Positions 14,392 to 29,346 of a stretch of 64,000 bases of DNA are shown piece after piece; position 1 is the first letter of the stretch, and each line of letters starts with the position of its first letter. The stretch is from Eledone cirrhosa (Eukaryota): NCBI GenBank assembly GCA_964016885.1, contig OZ024743.1, positions 217,248,001-217,312,000 on the forward strand. The letters are read 5' to 3'. Below the pieces are notes generated by a model that worked only from the letters and a program-made list of their open reading frames with translations, had not been told where the DNA came from and searched no databases. The position numbers and the translations under genes were made by a program.

Positions 14392-15635
14392 CATTTATTA
14401 ACGTAATTTCGCATTTCGCGAAATTGACTAGTCGATAACCAGTACTATATTTCCCTACATCTCCAAATATTTATCACGATCACTTCTTCGTTTTAAATAT
14501 GAACCAACCAAGCTTTAGCCATTTATATCGAAGTTTACCGTAGTAATGTATTAAATTGTGTTATTTATCTCTAAATACATATAAATAATTTGATAGTGCA
14601 GCACGCCCAACCTATCAAAAGCTCGTCACGATCAGGTTTGTAAAATCATGGTTAAAGAAATTATACGAACCATGTTATACATATGAGATATATGAGATTT
14701 CTACATATGATTATGAGGTGATTGAATTAATGCAATAATTGAAAATACATTTCGAAATTTTCTGTCCAAGATCTATCACTTCAGGACAGAAAATCTTCTG
14801 CAAATCTGATTTCATAATAATTTGAAATCTCATATCATTAGAAATACACCCACGTATATACAATTAAACACACACACATACTGTCGGTCTCAGGCCTCTC
14901 TCTATCTAACTCTGTAGCTCTCTCTTTCTTTCCGTATCTCTCTCTCTGTCTCTGTCTCTCTCACTCTCTCTCTCCCTCTCTCTCTCTCTCTCTATCTCTA
15001 TATATATATATATATATTTATCTATCTTTATACAACCATGGAGATATTGGGAGAAGATAGTGTTGCTAATGATATTAAATGTTTAAATTGCACTGACATT
15101 ACTGTGTTACGAAACCTTTTTGCTCTGTACCACTAAGCACGTTAGGAAACATCAAAAGTTATGGTGAAATGTTGCAGCATGATAGATTTCATCTGCCATA
15201 AAAATTTCATGTAACATAAAAACAATAAGAGAGGTTAAAGGCTGGTAAACAAAACTGTGTATATTCTAATACAAAGAATGAAAACTAGATTAATAGACAT
15301 ATTACACAGACATATTCTCTGCTAAGTTTTGGAACTCTGATATTTATATCAGGGTTGAAATGAACAAATTCCCAGCGTATCGATTGACAGAAAGCACGCT
15401 GACCATTGACACATATTAGATTTTTATTTTACGTGATTCTGTTTAGCTTTATTGGCGTTCGACTGAGTGAAATAATGACAAGTTTACTCCTTTTAAAGTA
15501 AAGTCATGGTGTTAGATTGATTTAGAATGATGGCAGTAGTGGTATTAATATGTTAAAGTTGTCGCTGAAATATTGAACTGACAAGTGTTGTTATAATAAT
15601 AAAATATCTCCGTTCATATGACTAAATATGAGTGT

Positions 15636-15717
15636 TTGAGAGCCTCTCACTGAGAAGGAGGGGTTATGTCTATTATAGCGCAACACATTGAAAAGAACAA
15701 TATCTTCATAGACTGGT

Positions 15718-15788
<71 letters not shown>

Positions 15789-15819
15789 TAATCCCTCCTT
15801 CTGAGTGAGAGGCTCTCAA

Positions 15820-15820
<1 letters not shown>
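15636..15820. repeat. About 37-bp inverted repeat bracketing unique sequence plus (TA)n
   Basis: tttgagagcctctcactgagaaggaggggttatgtcta ... tagacataatccctccttctgagtgagaggctctcaaa. Confidence 0.7.
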
Positions 15821-15854
<34 letters not shown>

Positions 15855-16245
15855 GTGAAAAATTGGACGGGAACAAATCAGAGAGGCAGTACGAACAAAG
15901 GTTTATTAGTTTCACGCTCTTGAGAGTGGGATGTATATATATATATATATATATAAGAGCCTCGAATTCCCACATCTGAAAGTAAATTCGTCTATAATTA
16001 TCAACGACCCCGAGTAAAAGCAATAATAGCCTATACCCCGAGGGACACTTATGCGAGGGGCCCGTCAACGTGTCTCAATTCTCACAGTAACAATATATGC
16101 CACTCATATATGTAATTAAGACCGTCAGATACCCAGAGCTAAATGTAAACTATGTATGTATATATATGTTATGATCAAATACGTTCCTACCATGCCTATC
16201 TTTAGTGCACACAAACACACACTACTACTACTTCAATATTGTGTG

Positions 16246-16298
<53 letters not shown>

Positions 16299-16305
16299 GT
16301 GTGTA

Positions 16306-16353
<48 letters not shown>

Positions 16354-16934
16354 CGTGTGTTGTAGGTGGAATTCCGTTTGTCTCCAATTTCGAATAAGTT
16401 GAGTGACTTTGTAAAGTAGCTCTCCTTGGCGCGTTGTTAATCAATTTCATAAATTAGACGGGAAAGAACGATTGAAACTCAACTCAAAATCGGAATTTTG
16501 TAAAGTGATACATCATGTTGCAATTTGCCACATTTATTGAATATAACAAAATTGTGAACAATAAAACTATTCTCCATATATATTTATCAATTAATTCAGA
16601 ATACATTCTCAAAATAAAACATTTTTAAATATCTTCAATGCAGAAACCAGTCGCGTATCTAGTCCATTACAAATTAAAATGCAATTTATATTGGTTTAGT
16701 ATATGTAATCAACTTGCGTAGCAGACGAAATTTAATTATATTACGATGTGTGTAAGCATCTGGCATTGCATGCTTGTGTGCGTGTGCATATATATATATA
16801 TATATATGTAGGTATAAAGAGATGCTGTAGCCGAGAGAGAGACGCGCATACTTTCGTGCGTACATACACATACATACATACATACATACATACATACATA
16901 CATGCATACATGACCACATATACATAAATATATC

Positions 16935-16975
<41 letters not shown>

Positions 16976-17629
16976 TCATGCATACATTCAAACATATAGA
17001 TATACAACAATCACACATACATACATACATACATACATACATACATACATACATACATACATACATACATACATACATACATACATACATACATACATAC
17101 ATACAAGTAGGCATGCACACATGCGTGCAATCATTAAGGCAGATAAACGTTTCTTTTAGTTTTAATGTCTTACTCAGAGGAAGTAATTCAGCCTCCAAAC
17201 GTGACCAACCCGAATGTTGGTAACAGCGTGAGCTTAGTTAAACATACCTTTGTAATACGGCCGTAAAACAATTATGAAAATATATCCCACACGTGAGAGA
17301 TAGAGGACTTGGATGGCAGGGTCTTTATCGACGTCGAATGAATAAGAAGCAAAATTGTCCAAATAGGGATTTGTTCTTACAGCGCAAAGAGCCGAAACAC
17401 ATATTGCAGCACATTCAGACTTTCTAATTACTCTGACATTCAACCGGTTTTCTTTTTAAAATGTCTTAGAAAAGAAGAAAGCTTCAGTTTGGAACATAGA
17501 ACTGTGTCTCTGTAATTGGAATTGACACAATAGTAAATAGATTGTTCATGTATGTATTAATATACGTGTAGGTAGGTAAACACGAGTGTATATACACATA
17601 TTTTTTTATATATATAGTAATAATAATAA

Positions 17630-17785
17630 ATGTGAAGATTAAAATCCAAAGAGGGCTCGATAAGGATAAATATATAAGAACCCTAGAGCAAATATTTATT
17701 AAAATAACAGATTAAAGTTTAAGCAAAGAATCACTGCTTTCACCCTTCACGGGATCTTTGTTTAAACTTTAATCTATTATGTTAA
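17630..17785. mobile_element. Fold-back PLE-like fragment (family shared with 54290-54365)
   Basis: The acagattaaagtttaagcaaaga ... tctttgtttaaactttaatcta hairpin; its reverse-complement homologue is at 54300-54365. Confidence 0.5.
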
Positions 17786-17792
17786 TATATAT

Positions 17793-17824
<32 letters not shown>

Positions 17825-17825
17825 T

Positions 17826-17965
<140 letters not shown>

Positions 17966-18380
17966 CGTGTGTATGTGTGTGTGTGTGTGTGTGTATTTGT
18001 GTGTGTAATTCATTTCCAGGGTATGGTATTGTCCTATATTTGACAATCCCTTTCCCATTGCCATTCTGTGTGGTTTTCCTCTTTTGTATTTGCTTCATGT
18101 CTATTAATTATCTTCTTTCTTACTTTGTGTATTAAATGTTTGCCTCCTATTACTTTTCAGCCTATTTTCGACATTTATTTTGTAAGATGTTCATGTGAGC
18201 TAATATCATATTTTTCCATCTCTCCATAATTCTCTTTCCCATCTATTCCTCGTTGCACGCGCACTTACACACAAATATATGACACATCCGAAAACTACTT
18301 AAAATATATCATATATAGCACACATATTATGTCTAAACAAAAAAACAAAAACAAATATATATATATATATATAATAATAT

Positions 18381-18463
<83 letters not shown>

Positions 18464-19075
18464 GATGTATATATGTATGTATTATATATATTAAATATAT
18501 ATATGTGTGTGTGTGTGTGTGTATCTGTGTGTTTGTGAGTGTGTACGCGTGCGTATGTTGGTAATGTGTGTGTTACTCCGCCGTTACGTACGTTTAGGTC
18601 AGATACCTGTGTTTCCTCTTCACTTCGTAATGACGTTGTCCTATTTTCTGTCATATTTCCATTGCTCTGTATTTCAACACGTTTTCCGTTTTAACGTATA
18701 TGTATTCCTATGCTGCTGACTTCACTATTACTTAAAACAACAAATCCTTGACACAAATATTACAATTGTCTGAGATGAAAATAAATGCAGACTAGAAGAA
18801 AAGGAAGGAAGCGAGCATTTTAAGAAGATGCTTATTCGAAAAAAGATGCTGACTTAAGATTTCAAGAAGATGATAGATAATGATTGATAATTTAATAGAA
18901 AAAATTGAATTTAAAAAAAAAAATCGGAAAATACACTTTACACACATTGGATAAATATTATGAAAGCAATTGCAGCAACAACGTTTCTTCCTAGACATTT
19001 CAATTTCCACCAGATTTATTCATTCATTTTATAGTCAGCTGTAAACATATAACAACAACAGTTCCGATATCAGAA

Positions 19076-19891
19076 ATGAAATGGATGTCTGTTCACTTCA
19101 CTGACAAGTCTTTCAGTTGCATTCACAGAGAAGTTCAGCCTGGCACACTAGTTATTAAGGTTATCTTCTTGTATTATAGTTGTAATTCATCCTGTAGACT
19201 TCTGAACATTTTCAGTCTACTCATTTTCCTTCAGGGGGTATTCATTTTCATACATAATGGGGTATCGGACCTGAGATATGATCTGTTTAGATATGGTGCT
19301 GGATTGACAGCATTGTTAGAGTGTCGGATAAACTACTTTGTTGCATTCATTTGCGGTCGATTACTTTCATCTTTCGAGGATCGATTAAATGTAGTACCAG
19401 TCCAGTACTGTAACAAATTCAATCGACATTCTACCTTAGCTGCTGTCCTTGTGCCTGAATTAGAAAACTTTATTTGTCCACATATTTTCATATGTATGTG
19501 TATGTATGAGAATGTGTATGTGTTTGGTGCTGCGTGTGTGTTATTTCATGTATATCGTATCACTTTGTACGATTTATATTTTTACTTCAACAATATGTCG
19601 AAGGTTTTTCAGTCTTGCATTATTCAAACAACAACCAGCGGATATATAGTTAGACAAAAGTATTCTTTTGTTATTCTGCTTTTTGTAATAAATATGTCGT
19701 GTTGTCGTGACGTCACCCTTCTAAGTATTTTTTCTGCATTTATTGTTTTTGTATTTAACAATGTGGTCTTCCAACTAATTTTCGTTAATGATAAAACTTA
19801 TTTTCGTTGGAATACTTGTTGCTATATTTATTGTTTCTTCCGTTTTCACGCCAACCCCACCACCACACCATTTTATAATTATGAATTGTAA
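19076..19891 (+). other. 271-codon open frame of unknown status (possibly a chance ORF or antisense to a transcript)
   Basis: It is long for AT-rich non-repeat DNA but has no recognisable domain. A strong minus-strand splice acceptor lies just downstream, near 19926. Confidence 0.15.
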
Positions 19892-20083
19892 TCAAATATG
19901 ATAACCGACTATGACTACATTATTGCCTGTAGGCGGGAAAAGATTGAAATAGAGGAACACACATATAATCAGTGTCGTATATATATGTATGTATATATAT
20001 ATATATATACATAGAAATATAGATACATACAAACATACATACACACACACATACATACATACATACATACATACATACATACA

Positions 20084-20117
<34 letters not shown>

Positions 20118-20261
20118 CGCGATTTGTAATGTGAAGGCAAGATCAAAAGACACCAATTCATCAATAATTTTATTTCTGTGACTTATGTATATATGTATTG
20201 CTTGTTCAGCTATCCAAAAATGTTTTGTGTCACAGTATTACTCCGGAGTGAAAACACATGA

Positions 20262-20480
20262 AGGCACACGGCTTAATGGTTAGAGTGTTTTGTGTATGAT
20301 CGTAACGTCTTGTGTTCGATTCCCGGTGTTGCACCTTACCTTAAGCAAAAACCTTTATATCACATTACACCATTCCACTCACATAGGAAAGGTTGTCATA
20401 CATGTTGCTAAAAGGGTCAGCTTTACATGCCTCACGCCGAATTTGGCCGAAATATGTCATGGGTGCACGTGTCTATGACG
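20262..20480 (+). mobile_element. tRNA-derived SINE (second family)
   Basis: A-box ggcttaatggttagag, B-box gttcgattccc, then a ccttaagcaaaacctttat core-like motif. Confidence 0.6.
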
Positions 20481-21347
20481 GGTTCAGGTACTCAAATATA
20501 AAATTTACGGATAAGCTGTTCTATTCTTCAAATAATTAGGACACTTGTTGTCAGATTCGAAGGAGGTCCAACGAATTGAGTTTAGAAGCATCTATCTTTA
20601 ATTATAAGCATGCATTATGCTATAAGGAACAGGTGAAGGGGGAGGGTGACTAATGGTTGCGTTTCTGGAATCAAAATACCCCATAACACCTTTTTGTTCA
20701 TGAACCAGGCTCCTTTTCTTTTATATTGGTATTTTATGCAACCTCACATGATACCAATCACACTGACCTGAAGATTTGATTTTCTCATTTCAACAAAAAT
20801 GAGGAGTTCTCGTATCATACTTAATCGTGTTTGTTGTTTTTATCAATTTCAAACTCTCATGGGTTACTGAAATGGTTAAGTTATATCTCAATGGTGACCA
20901 TATGAAATGTCTAGATGGTGCTATTAAAATTACTCTATCTTACACTTTTCGTTGATTTCTGAACTTGCCCAATATAAGTTGTTTTTGCCGGGTAATATTT
21001 GTTCGGGTCTGTAATAAACGAAGAAGGTAGAACTGCTTACATATAAAATTAATACAGAAATATTGTTTCGCTTCGTCATATCTAATATAATTGTATATAA
21101 TATCATATATTACTATTCCATTTAATAGCAAAAGAAACGTAATGCAGTAACATCACTGTTCATTGTGGTGGTGGTGGTGGTGATGGCTGTATGGCATAAT
21201 TTATTTCAGCAATTTCATCGAAATATGGCAAGGAAAATGATCGAGTTAATGCTTTTAAACGCTTTATTGAAACCGGTGTCATGCATATCTACGCATTCTA
21301 ACTGTGCCACATTAGTTACATTTTATATTAATTTTGTTTCGCGTTGT

Positions 21348-21466
21348 TTATGTAGCTGGATTCGCGATACGAATTCTGGCTGTAGAATAACCTGCAATGG
21401 ACCTGACCCCGGCATCCTGATCGGTGGGATGGTATGCGTCATTGAATCTATATTCCCCGTGGAGTA
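21348..21466 (-). CDS. Candidate terminal coding exon of an unidentified host gene
   Basis: Acceptor ttatcatattcag, GC-richer content, a phase-1 frame LHGEYRFNDAYHPTDQDAGVRSIAGYSTARIRIANPAT*, and AATAAA about 80 nt downstream. Confidence 0.3.
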
Positions 21467-21565
21467 CTGAATATGATAAGGAATAATTTTTAAGTTATTG
21501 AGGGTAAGAAAATATAAAAAACATCTGTAAGAATAATCAAGGGCATAGCGCCATAAGTTCACACA

Positions 21566-21699
<134 letters not shown>

Positions 21700-21700
21700 T

Positions 21701-21756
<56 letters not shown>

Positions 21757-21757
<1 letters not shown>

Positions 21758-22263
21758 GAAAATTGAGGTTGGTAATGGCACATGGAATATATAAGAGACA
21801 GAATACTTTTTTGTGAAAAAACATAATTTTATAAGGTAAGGAAATAATAAAGGGTATAAAAAATGACCGGTTTCGATGGGTCTGCAAAAGCCATCTTTTC
21901 AAATGTTGATTAATATTAAGAAAAATTAATAATACGAAGAGTTAAAATTTGAGACTTGAAAATTCAAGTATAAAATTCATTGTGGGATTTCATAGCAGTT
22001 TTCATCTAGGTAGCAACAACAGGTTGACTGCTGTGTCCCTTTCTGGTAGTGAATGAGAAGTTATTTGGGGTGTGGGTTATTTTATAAAGGTCAGATTTAG
22101 CAATCACCAACTGGCCAGCTGCTGGTCAGTGAGGGGGTGGAAGCAATATACATACACATATCTTCCTGTGATGGGTAGGAGAGTGGAGCGTGATAGAAAG
22201 GGATTTAGTGCACTTACACCTATATATACACACATACCTTCATCCACACATACATACATATAC

Positions 22264-22312
<49 letters not shown>

Positions 22313-22377
22313 CACACATACATACACACACACATACATATACATACACACATACACACACACACATATATACACAT

Positions 22378-22418
<41 letters not shown>

Positions 22419-22451
22419 CACACACACACATATATATACATACACATGGGG

Positions 22452-22533
<82 letters not shown>

Positions 22534-22572
22534 ATGTATGTTTGTATCTGGATGTATGTGTATGTATATATA

Positions 22573-22623
<51 letters not shown>

Positions 22624-22688
22624 ATGTGTATATATGTATGTGTGTGTATGTGTGTATGTATATGTATGTGTGTGTGTATGTGTGTGTG

Positions 22689-22731
<43 letters not shown>

Positions 22732-23271
22732 GTATATGTATGTATGTGTGGATGAAGGTATGTGTGTATATATAGGTGTAAGTGCACTAAATCCCTTTCT
22801 ATCACGCTCCACTCTCCTACCCATCACAGGAAGATATGTGTATGTATATTGCTTCCACCCCCTCACTGACCAGCAGCTGGCCAGTTGGTGATTGCTAAAT
22901 CTGACCTTTATAAAATAACCCACACCCCAAATAACTTCTCATTCACTACCAGAAAGGGACACAGCAGTCAACCTGTTGTTGCTACCTAGATGAAAACTGC
23001 TATGAAATCCCACAATGAATTTTATACTTGAATTTTCAAGTCTCAAATTTTAACTCTTCGTATTATTAATTTTTCTTAATATTAATCAACATTTGAAAAG
23101 ATGGCTTTTGCAGACCCATCGAAACCGGTCATTTTTTATACCCTTTATTATTTCCTTACCTTATAAAATTATGTTTTTTCACAAAAAAGTATTCTGTCTC
23201 TTATATATTCCATGTGCCATTACCAACCTCAATTTTCTCTATAACCTTCGTTTTGTGTAGAAAATTACACT

Positions 23272-23275
<4 letters not shown>
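21757..23275 (+). mobile_element. 1.5-kb near-perfect palindrome: PLE-like 3' end with long inverted duplication and 37-bp tail
   Basis: 21757-~22445 is the reverse complement of ~22446-23238. There is a hammerhead motif at 23093-23130 and (TA)n on both sides. Confidence 0.75.
23088..23135 (+). ncRNA. Hammerhead ribozyme, U3-A8 variant (mirror copy on the minus strand near 21860-21907)
   Basis: TTGAAAA-gatgg...ccatc-GAAAC-cg-GTC; stem I is weak. Confidence 0.55.
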
Positions 23276-23332
<57 letters not shown>

Positions 23333-26084
23333 AGATTTGATTTATAAAGGAAGGAATTAAATCTTGAACCCACCAATTGTAATAACGTACACGCAGGTGA
23401 TACTATTTCGTTTTCAAGGAAAAATACCCACCATTCCTTTTTCTAACATTGACTTTAGTAGTTCATATTCTCTACAGTTATGAATTGTGTCATGTGAGAT
23501 AGCGTTATAAAATGTATGCATACTATAACCACTCTTTTTTCACCTACACGTATGCTGAAATTTCATGAATTATATGTATATTGTTCATGCATTTACAGTA
23601 AATAAATGCCTGCTTATGAACGGAAATTTCTCTTATAATTAAGATATTATAAACCCATTTCAAAGACGAACTTTTGAAATAAAAGTGGTGCACATTTGGT
23701 GTATTTATGAACTACTTTTCTATGTATTTATCTTAATGTGCATGACAAATTTTATAAATCTAACTCAATATTTGACCCGAGTTTAATTACGATTAAATCC
23801 TTTTTAGTTCTATATTGAAGCTGTATTTATGAGAGCACCCATATTCCCCCAGAATCTGCAGCCTTTGACTACATAATAAATAGATCATGCTAAAACTATA
23901 TCAGCGGTGTTCAAGTTATAATCAGCCCCACCTTTTGAATAATTTGTAATAAGCTATGAATATTGAGTAAATACTGTATATTAGCTATCAATGTGCTATC
24001 TCTTTGGTTTCATATTCAAGCATGCTTAAAGTTTACTCTTGATATATTATGTCTCCATTAACATTACATTTTTTGAAATGTATTTAATGGCTTTCTTCCA
24101 GTGATACAAATATCTGTCTCCGTCATGAAATTGCTTTTCGTATAGAACAAGGTTATGTATTTATTTTCTTAAGAATTTCATCTCTGTGTGTTCGGCAAAA
24201 AGCAGAATATAAGCATTCTTCTTGGATTTATTTTTTTTATGATTTAAAGTTTATTATAAGGAATCGTTGTATGTTATCCATGTCAGCTACAAGTTGTGCC
24301 TCCGCAGCATATATTGCACCAAACAGACTCAATAATTCCTGTTTGTTACAATGTATAGATAATATGGATATATATTTTACTAAAATAGTTAAACAGCTTA
24401 GATAATGATTTATTTTTCTTGAAAGCGACAGTCCGACCTCATACAAACAAACAGATTTTTATCTGCCTATTTAAACCACATGAGGTTACTTTGTAAACTG
24501 CTATATAAACATCACCTGTTTCTCATCTAACACATCCATTTTACATTAAAAAGCTTCTCTTAGATATATGGAAGTCATATTCTTTTGATCCTATCTGTTT
24601 CTCTACATCATCTTTATTTGGCCGTTCGTGTATACTTTTATTTAATTAATCCTGAAAAAGCTAACAAAATACAGCTGTATTTATAAAAAAAATATATAAA
24701 GCTTTTGAACAAAGTAAATAACAAACTTATTTCTAATCAGAGAAATCGCTTCCATGAAAAATATAGAATTAAAAGTACCTTTGATAATTAGAGAAAATAT
24801 ATATTCAACCTAATCACAGAATTCTATTCTTCTATCGAGTTCTAATGCAGTGATTAATCAATATATGTTTTCGAATAATCCCTTTAATCTATTCTTTCTA
24901 CAGCGTGGGATTTCCAGCCTATGATTCAGGTTAGTCGAAGATGTAGGTTACATGCTAGATACAAATAATCCATAGCCTTAAAATAAATAAATCTGTGAAT
25001 CACAAATTGGTCTTCTTTGTGTAATACAATCTTAAATACATTCAATCATTTTTTACTATAATATTTTTACCAACTCCTCTTTAAAATATATCGCATTTTA
25101 CGCCGATCATGTGCATGTAACAATTTCAAAATATTCGGAAATATTGCAGTCAATTTTACGAAAGAGTTTAATCGATTTTTGTTTAGTTATATTCAGTTAG
25201 AATTGACAAGTTGTTCTGATATTTCGAGAATGACATTCATTTTCAATACCAACTCGTAAACGATCTGCATTCATTCTTTCTCTCAATCATCTATTGATTC
25301 ATTCGTTCCATGATAAATCATTTCGTTTTTCCTTTCTTTACATTCAATTTAATTCTTAGATGCATACAGCAGTAGATGATGCGTATATTTTACTCACCAT
25401 TGAATTCTAATTTAGGCATGGGACCAGCAAATCTGGGGGAAGGGCAATTATGTTGAAATTAAACCAGGTTTTTAATTGTTAATTTATTTTGGTGGAAGGA
25501 AAGCAAGGCTGGACTGACCGTGATTTGAATTATGAATGTAGAGGGCCAAAACAAATTAAACAATTGCCGTTTATTGGATACACAAAGACTTTTACAAAAA
25601 AAACTACCTCCCTTATGAATTTTAATACGTAATAATAATTTCACAATCCTTTCTCGATCTTGCACATATATAAGCAATTAGATTCGCGTAATCAAGGAAA
25701 TCCGATTACCACATAAGACTCCTGAACTGTAAACTTTGACACAACCCATGTTTCATCATTCTACTTCCTGTCTCCATCTAATATTTATTTTAACTCAGAT
25801 CATTTTTTAAAAAAACTGACTACTAATTGTGGAAAGTTGATATGTAAATATCACTGGAGAGTGAGAGGGTCCTCTATTAATGTATTTTACGTTTTTGTTC
25901 GGCTTATGAGGATTGTATCTATTTAAAATTAAGCTAAACAAGATTTGTTTGCCTGAAGATAAATAAACTAGAAGATATATAATGTTTGTCTTATGTTGGT
26001 AGCATGCATTTGCAGATCTTTTTTACATAATATATGTTGGCTCTTTTTCATGAACGATAAATAGGAAACACATATATATATACA

Positions 26085-26165
<81 letters not shown>

Positions 26166-26171
26166 TAAATA

Positions 26172-26276
<105 letters not shown>

Positions 26277-26321
26277 TATATATATAGAGAGAGATAAATA
26301 TATATATATATATATATATAT

Positions 26322-26609
26322 ATTGGTAAACGGAATAGAAAATCCTGACAAATTGTTCACAGTTGAAAAATGGTTTAATTAGAGCAAACAGCACGGACAC
26401 TCTATCTCAAAATTATTTTTGAAAACCATTTAGAAATGCGCAACCGGTAAAAACTTAAAAACTTAAAACCACAACTGAATACTAACCCATACAATCACTA
26501 ATACTCTTTTATTCCTAATTAAACCATTTTTCAACTGTGAACAATTTGTCAGCATTTTCTATTCCGTTTACCAATATATAATAACTTGGGTGTTACACCT
26601 CTATTCTTT

Positions 26610-26613
<4 letters not shown>
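26322..26613 (+). mobile_element. Fold-back PLE fragment with degenerate U3-A8 hammerhead
   Basis: About 60-bp inverted arms (26322-26382 and 26515-26575), TTGAAAA..cattt/aaatg..GCAAC-cg-GTA at 26419-26449, and a tail of about 38 bp. Confidence 0.6.
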
Positions 26614-26684
<71 letters not shown>

Positions 26685-26687
<3 letters not shown>

Positions 26688-28560
26688 AAAGTTCTATTTA
26701 AATTGTTGGGATACAACAAGCAAATATTATTATAACTGATATAAAGCACTCGACAAATATTAATAAATGGAAACTATATTTATAAAACCATATTTATTTC
26801 ATTATATATATTTCAAGGATACCAAGTTAAATCATGGCATGCCTTCATCAGACAAAATACAATATATAACAGTTTTACAAATAGATATTGACGTACCCTT
26901 TCAATAATAAATATATTAAACATATTATTTTAACTTGAAATATTCTATAATATTTTGGGATATTTTAGTATGTTGATGTTTGTAGAATTCGTTTGCCTTT
27001 TAAGTTATATTGATATAATTATATTTCCAAAATATAATCCTTTTGTATTTTATATACTCAATTGTACTATGTTATATATTGATGTATACTTATGTCTATG
27101 TACGGCTTATGTACCTATATGTGTGTGTTGACATACATATACATGTGTTATGTATTTTTTTTTTGTGATTATATGTCTGTCTGTATATATGCATGAGTGA
27201 AGTGTGTATACCAATTGAAGATACACACACATATCTATTCATGTATAGCTAAGAATTATGGGTGGGAATGTACAGGCTTACACATGCAGTCTTTGATTGC
27301 AGATATGCATAATTTAACAGCCATAAATGCAGAAAAGTTAATCCTATATATTTATATATACTAAAATTTTTTAATTCTTTTATATTTTTAATATTTTTAC
27401 TATTTGACATTATTTTCCTAATGATACTCCTCTAAATATATATATATTTTTAGATGTAGATTGATAATCTTTAATTGACATTGCGAAAGTGTATCCTCTT
27501 TACGATAGTTCTTCGAAATGCACATTACTTTTTTCCTCTTCTTTGATCTTCAAACATTCACACATCTTTCGACTAAAATAATATATAATTGAATTTACTC
27601 TCACACAAAATAATATATAACTTTCTCTATATATTTTCTGAGTAAATCACTCATCAAATGTAACGATTAGCAAGCAAGATTGGAGTTATCTTTTCCTTTT
27701 CAAGCGTGCAAACAAAAACATTATATTATAATATATGTATGATAAACTATATAACTTCGCTAAATTAACAATATTCTGAAAACATTTTCAAATTGTTCTC
27801 CTCTTACAACTTGAACTACGTGTTTTTTTAATGTAATAGGCAGAATCAATATCCTTCGTAACTCATATGAGAAATGTAAACAACTAATAATTGTAAATTG
27901 TTTCTATTTCTATAATACTTATACATCCACAATTATTAATCTATATAGATATTTATATACTTACAACCTGTTGTAATGTAATAAGATAAAATCTACTTGC
28001 AACCATAATTATTCATATTATCTAATTGATTATATATAAAATATTATAACTCATGATATAACTAAATAAATTTAAATTCTAGAATCATATTCAACCATTC
28101 CTGCAAATTGTTAATTCCTTTTAAATTAACGAAAATACAAGCTCTTCTTTCTTTTGTTTTCTTCTTCCTACTTATGCATACATATATCCTGATTATTTAA
28201 ATTCTATATAGCGTTTAAAAATAACGTTTTTTCAGCCCTACACCTCAACCTCATTTGAAATATCTGACTCTTCTTCTCTTTTCCTTCACTATCCAAGAAA
28301 AATTTGAACCGTTAAGGTATCTTTTCTAAGTTATGTCAAAATTTATAAAACAAATTTTGTATTTTATCTGATGAGAGCGTACCAAAGTTTTGGTACCCTT
28401 GAAATATATATAATAGAATAAATATGGTTTTATAAATATAGTTTCAATTTAATTAATATCAATGAATATTATACTCCAGAAAACCTGTCGAGTGCTCTGC
28501 ATCAATTATAAACATTTATATTTGTTGAATTACCAACAAATTGAATATCCTTCTTACTCA
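26685..28560 (+). mobile_element. Old PLE 3' remnant with diverged inverted pLTR
   Basis: 26690-26828 is a diverged reverse complement of 28385-28540. CTGATGA...gtaccaaa/ttggtac...GAAAT-at-ATA lies at 28368-28410. Confidence 0.55.
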
Positions 28561-28587
28561 AATACGCACACACACACACATATATAT

Positions 28588-28642
<55 letters not shown>

Positions 28643-28696
28643 ATATATATATATAGAGAGAGGGAGAGAGAGTGAGAGAGAGAGAGGGAGAGAGAG

Positions 28697-29041
28697 AAAG
28701 ATGAAATCCAAAATGCAACTGGAGTCTTATTTCAAAAAATATATATATTTTATTTGGTTCCTTTACTGGTTTCATAGTTCTGCTTTTCAAAAGTAGAGTT
28801 GAGATGGAGGGACTGTGGTTTTTCTCACATCTGATGTAAGTAAAACAACACACCCTCCATCTCAACTCTGCTTTTGAAAAGCAGAAGAACTGCGAAACCG
28901 GTAAAGGAACCAAATAAATATATATATATTTTTAAAAAATAAAACTCCATTTGCATTTTCGATTTCATCTTTTTTTTTATACTTTCACTCGTGTAGGACA
29001 CCTCGGTTATTTTTCATTTTGTAAAAAAACCTCACTTTCTA

Positions 29042-29043
<2 letters not shown>
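28697..29043 (+). mobile_element. Fold-back PLE fragment, same family as 6521-7556, with a different turning point
   Basis: Same 3' end and the same U3-A8 hammerhead at 28871-28906; the fold is near 28835. Confidence 0.7.
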
Positions 29044-29079
<36 letters not shown>

Positions 29080-29081
29080 AG

Positions 29082-29213
29082 AACGAGGGAGTTGTGTTAA
29101 GGAACCAGATGGACCATAACGCATCAGAGTACTCAATACTTAGGGTAGTAGAGTGAGTCCAGAAATAGCCGTCGGTACGGCTTTCGCTCTGCCGTTGGGG
29201 TCATACTTTTTCC
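29082..29213 (-). mobile_element. PLE fragment family A, copy 2
   Basis: Homologous to 12445-12632 with a different inversion junction. Confidence 0.6.
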
Positions 29214-29252
29214 TATATATATATATATATACATATATAGTATATATATTGT

Positions 29253-29346
<94 letters not shown>

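Noticed and set aside
22072-22923. Mirror-image 227/233-aa ORF pairs on both strands
   Set aside because: They are a by-product of the DNA palindrome plus microsatellite.
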